DNA of 64,000 nucleotides from Entomortierella parvispora E1425 (taxonomy: Eukaryota; Fungi; Mortierellomycota). Location: assembly GCA_020891255.1 (NCBI GenBank), contig BQFW01000007.1:2790001-2854000 (forward strand), written 5' to 3'. A model generated the notes under the pieces. It had not been told where the DNA came from and searched no databases. It was given only the letters and a program-made list of their open reading frames with translations. The translations under genes were made by a program, and so were the position numbers. Positions 59,431 to 64,000 of this stretch are shown here, one piece after another (position 1 is the stretch's first letter; each line of letters begins with the position of its first letter).

Positions 59431-61275
59431 ATGATCTCAACCAACAACCTGTCGTTCTCGGCATTCAGGAACAACTATCTCGTGGTCTATCTGGCCGTAA
59501 TGAGTAAAGTACAAAAACAGCAGCAGTCATCCTACTTGTCGTGTGAAGGATGTCAGCCGAGAAAGAAAAGAAGGAAGCAAGGAGACAACCATTGACCAGT
59601 TTTTTTTTTTTTTTTTTGTGATTCACTCTGTATTCCCTTTATGCTTTTCAGTGAGTGACTGGATGCAAGGCCCATACTTGTACAAGCTGTATGAATCGTA
59701 CACGTTTTCCATGTACGACATTGCAGTCCTGTTCACTGTCGGGTTTGTGAGCAGCGCCGTCTTTGGAACTGTCATCGCCAACACGGCTGATGTCTGGTGA
59801 GTTTTTTTTTTTTTTTTTTGTCCTGGATGTGAAAAGAGTCTGTTTTTGCAAAGAACGTTTCAAGCTCAACTCTCTGCGTTCTTGCTATTGGTGTGGACGA
59901 TAGGGGCCGCAAGCGCATGTCGTTGTTGTTCTGTGTGACCTCGTCAACAGCGAGCTTGATCCGACTGTCCAACAACTACCATTACCTGATTGGAAGCCAC
60001 TTGTTGAGTGGACTGTCGACTGCGTTGTTGTGCTGTGTCTTTGAGGCCTGGTACATCTCTCAGCATAGGCGCAAGGGTAAAGCCCGTTTGTTGGACCGCC
60101 TTTTTGTTTATTGACAGAGAGAGAAAGACAAAAAGAGAGGCGACTGATTGTTTGTTTATTTGTCTGTTTTTTTTGTTTGTTCTGACTTAGGATTCGCACC
60201 CATTTTGATCGGCAACACTTTCAGCACAGCAGTCTTTTTGAATGGTCTCGTGGCCATCTTTGCGGGTGTGGTGGCGAACATGGCAGTGGAGATGTCGGGA
60301 TCGTTGGCTTCGCCGTTTGTAGTGAGTGCTATGATCCTGGTCTTTGCAGGATTCATGATCTCTCAGACTTGGGAAGAAAACTATGGGGAGAGCATGACGA
60401 ACACCAGCGGATCTGTCGTTAAAAGCATGGTTGAGGGACTTGTCGTCGTGAAGAATGGTAAGTTTGGCCCTTTTTTTTTTTTTTTTTTTTTTTTTTGGGA
60501 AATCTGGGTACAGGACCAAAACTTGACGTCCCTCCGCCGCTCTCTTTCTGTAGATTCGACCATCTTGACCATTGGACTGGCGCAAACTGTATTTGAGTGC
60601 TGCATGTACACATTCGTGCTGCTTTACACGCCTGCGCTCGAAAACTCGATCAAGAATGCAGCTCTCCTTTCTTCGGCAAAGTCGGCAGAATCTGGCCATC
60701 TCTTCCCGCTCGGCTACCTCTTCTCAGCCATGATGGCGGCCGCCATGTTTGGATCGCTCTTGTTCAAGTTCTTTTCTTCTTCCAAGGGCGCCACCAACGA
60801 CTCTTTTCTCGCGCTTGCCCTCCTGATCGCCAGCTCTTCTTTCTGTTTCATTGCCCTCAACAACGCCTCAAGCACCATGACCGTGCTCTCGTTCTTGTTG
60901 TTTGAGTTCACGACAGGAATTTATTTCCCGGCGATCGGCACCATGCGCGCACAGGCGATCCCGGAACAGAACCGGACGGGTGTGATGGCGTTCCTGAGAG
61001 TGCCCATGAACTTTTTGGTTTGTGCTATTCTGTTGAGGGTCGAGACCGTGCAAGTTGAGAGAATTTTCGAGGCCTGTGCGGTCTTGTGTTTCTTGGGTGG
61101 GATCGTTGTCCACAGCAAGAGGGCGCAATTGTCCTCGGCGGGCAGGGCGGCGGGAAGATCAGGAGATGGACCTGGCGGTCATGAGGAAGACTTGCTGCCG
61201 AGAAACAGAGAAGAGACCGTCAGTGACGAGGAAGGACAGATAGAAAACAAGATTGAAGACTCTGCCTCGGAGTGA
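59431..61275 (+). CDS. MFS transporter, MFSD5/MOT2 (molybdate-anion transporter) family, multi-exon
   Basis: FRNNYLVVYL, DWMQGPYLYKLYESY, LFTVGFVSSAVFGT..ADVW|GRKR, FEAWYISQH, FECCMYTFVLLYTP and RTGVMAFLRVPMN. Confidence 0.92.
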
Positions 61276-62205
61276 ACCCCAGCGTGCTGCTACCATGGTC
61301 GTCTTGATCTGCAAGATACTAAATAAAAAAAATTGTCTTGGCTCTTTTTCGTCCTGGGAAAGATTCTAAATTCCTCTTTTTCTCCCCTTTTGACGTGCAC
61401 GCATCCCTTGGGTCCGTAGGCGTGTCGCGTACGCGACGCGTAGAGCAAGGGGTCTGTTAGTCAGTACAGTAGTAGTCACCCGGATGTTGTTCCAGGGAAA
61501 GAGAGGCTCAAAGCATTGGCCTGTTCACCTGTTGAGCATGCCATATTCATCGCCGAATGTGGATACGACTTTGTGTTGCTCTTTGACACCATCACACGCG
61601 TGCCGATCAGCCGATGCGATAAGACAGTTGGGGCAATTGCTTTGCCAGCCCAATTGCGTGCCAACTGACCCCCCCCCCTCGAAAACTGTCAACTGCGAGG
61701 AGGAATTATATTCTATTGGGTCCAAGCTCATTGATTAGGTACTCGTGCGCCCATCTTGTGTTAAGAAAAAAACTTTGCCTTGGTCTTCAGATCATCAATT
61801 GCTCTCCTTGTAGTCCCTTTTGTTCACACGGGAAGAAAAAAGTCAGAGAGGCAAGGAGTTGCATTCGAGTCTAAAACACAATAAATGGAAATGGTTGGTC
61901 CTCAATTGACCATTTTTTTGCTTTGCCAGAAAAAACTAATGACAAGAACATCGCAATAAAACAAAGACGCCTTGCTTGCGTGACAAACACTTATGAGGTT
62001 TTTTTGGGGGGGGGGGGGGGAGATCCATCTTTATCTGCCAAAGAATTTTCGCATGTGCTCTTTCTACTCCATGCTTTTGGTCCTTCGGATACATGTCTTT
62101 CCTGGAGATTAGACGTGTATAAATAGCCGAAATGCTGACAAGCAGAACTTTTGAGCAGAATTGATCTTTCATCCTATATCTTTCTTCATTCTAACGACAA
62201 TATCC

Positions 62206-63920
62206 ATGGCTGGCCACGCCCCAGACACTCTTGGCTTGTATGCGAGACATCCTCGCCCCTTCGCTGGAGGTTCGGCGCCTGATAAGCCATTGATCTTCAG
62301 TAAGTGAATGCACCAGTTTTGCCCAATCGGAAGGATACGCTCCTGACAATTGAGAATTCTTATTAATGAACCTGTCCACGATTTAATGTCTGTAGCTTGC
62401 AAAAGAGTAAGTTGAACGACATCCTCATAACTACGACCCTCTACACTTAACTGTGTTGTGAACAATTCTGTACAGCCTTCACTTTGCCGCCGATTAATGT
62501 ATGTCGTTAACCACAATCATCTGGACCCCGGTAACAACAGAAAGACATTCCAGAAGAAGCCCAAGAGTTTCCTCTGGTTCTCAAAATGATTTCCAGGTCT
62601 TCTTTGACATCGCTCTTCGACATGCCAGAAGAGGATCGAATGACGCAGCCTCCCGAAACAGTTGAGGGTTTTGATGAACAGATGATGGCCATGGAGATTG
62701 AAAAGAGACCTGACTTCAAGCATTCCTTGAGTGAGGTCGCGGCCCTTCGTGCTCTGGACCACCCAAGAATTTTACGGTTTGTGGGCTGTTACTGGACGCA
62801 CGAGCATGGTGAGTTTTTTTTTTTTTTTTTTTTTTGTTGTTCTTGCTCCAAACTAAAATTGTATTCCACTCAATCGCACCTAGCAAACATTGTCATGGAG
62901 TTTGCTCGGGGAGGGGATCTTCAGAAGCGAATGAATGATAGACAGGAAATAGGCTATTTGCATTACTCAGAGGAAGAGCTGGTTCCGATCATTCGAATGG
63001 TTTGCAACACCCTCCATTTTGTCCATGATAGTGGTTGGGCGCATCGAGGTTTGGTTTTCGCGTGGAGTTTTTTTTTTTTTTTTTTTTTTTGGCACTTTCT
63101 TGCGAAAAGAATACTAACGAAACGTCGTCTGCATCATAAAAACCCGGCTCAATCGGATGTCCAAACTGTAGATCTCAAGGTAATGTTTGAGCCACGTTGT
63201 TTTCAGCGCCGACTTTTTGCCTTTCTGACCGTTGCCTGTGCCTGTGCATCCATCGGACAACCAGCCCTCCAAGATCATGTTTCGCACCCAACTTAATGAC
63301 GATGTGGTTATTGCAGGATTTGGATTTGCGATTTTTCAAGAAAATACTGATGGCGGGCGGTCTTTGTTCACAACCACCGACGTTGGTACGCCAGAGTTCA
63401 AGGTAGAGACAGAGTTCTACAGACCTCCCCCCCCCTGCAAATATCCAGATATTTCAATATTTCACCAGAAACATGACCTTCTGTCTTTTCTCTGCCCCAC
63501 TTTTAATCTGCAGGCACCAGAGCAGTTTAGAGACGAGGGCTACGGAATCTCGGTCGACATGTGGGCCCTTGGTGTGACATGCTTCTACCTGCTTACGGGC
63601 AGCTACCCATTCGGAGCAGGGGCCTTCGACTTCTCTTACGGGCCTTCGGTCATGGGTCAGTTGAAGTGGGATGCCTTTGGTTTTTCCGACAATGGTAATG
63701 TATATTATTCTTTTTGATGGCCAGTATTGCTTTCAACATAGATGATAAAAAATGAAGAAGACGATCTGGGGACTGACACAAGTGTTTTCCTCTTCAACTA
63801 GCCAAGGACTTCATTGGCAGGCTTTTGGTGTGGGACCCAGATTCTCGTATGACGTCCGCTGAGACTGAGCATCACCCATGGCTCGCAGATGTTGCAGATC
63901 CTGGAGCCAAAGAGTATTAG
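62206..63920 (+). CDS. CAMK-like pseudokinase, 9 exons including 11-, 23- and 8-nt micro-exons
   Basis: All GT-AG junctions join in frame. Kinase motifs: EVAALRALDHPRILRF, IVMEFARGGDL, HRDLKPSK, VIAGFG, GTPEFKAPE, DMWALGV, AKDFIGRLLVWDPDSR and HPWL. Confidence 0.85.
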
Positions 63921-64000
63921 CTTACTTTCCGAAGCTAAATCTCGTTTTTGAGATCGGGATACGAAGAGTATCTCTGTGCTCACAAGAGAAGGGGGGGAGG

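Noticed and set aside
61476-61740. Short open frames between the MFS gene and the pseudokinase
   Set aside because: No start or splice context and no recognisable homology; cannot be supported.

Overview
Intron-rich eukaryotic DNA. The gene set, short GT-AG introns with poly(T)/poly(A) tracts and many microsatellites suggest an early-diverging fungus, probably Mortierellaceae-like (inference). Most of the window is ordinary housekeeping genes: a PQ-loop transporter, COX17, CDK1, both TFIIA subunits, a PRPP synthetase, Elongin A, TAF10, a Cdc25-type RasGEF and an MFSD5-like transporter. Less ordinary genes are a RalGAP-beta-like protein, an F-box/Sec7 (FBXO8-like) protein, a methyltransferase with a degenerate motif I, a decayed OPI3 copy, and a nine-exon pseudokinase with three micro-exons. 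Two accessory islands (about 1-8.9 kb and 31.4-36.0 kb) are built from the same unrecognised module. The module is an array of ~60-65 aa charged small ORFs ('A', at least 7 copies, most preceded by a conserved motif) paired with a larger decayed gene on the opposite strand ('B'). In the first island B forms a near-perfect 2.58 kb inverted repeat around a 1.3 kb spacer. No rRNA, tRNA, CRISPR array or recognisable transposase was seen. Exon structures were assembled by eye from splice signals and reading-frame continuity; no database searches were run.
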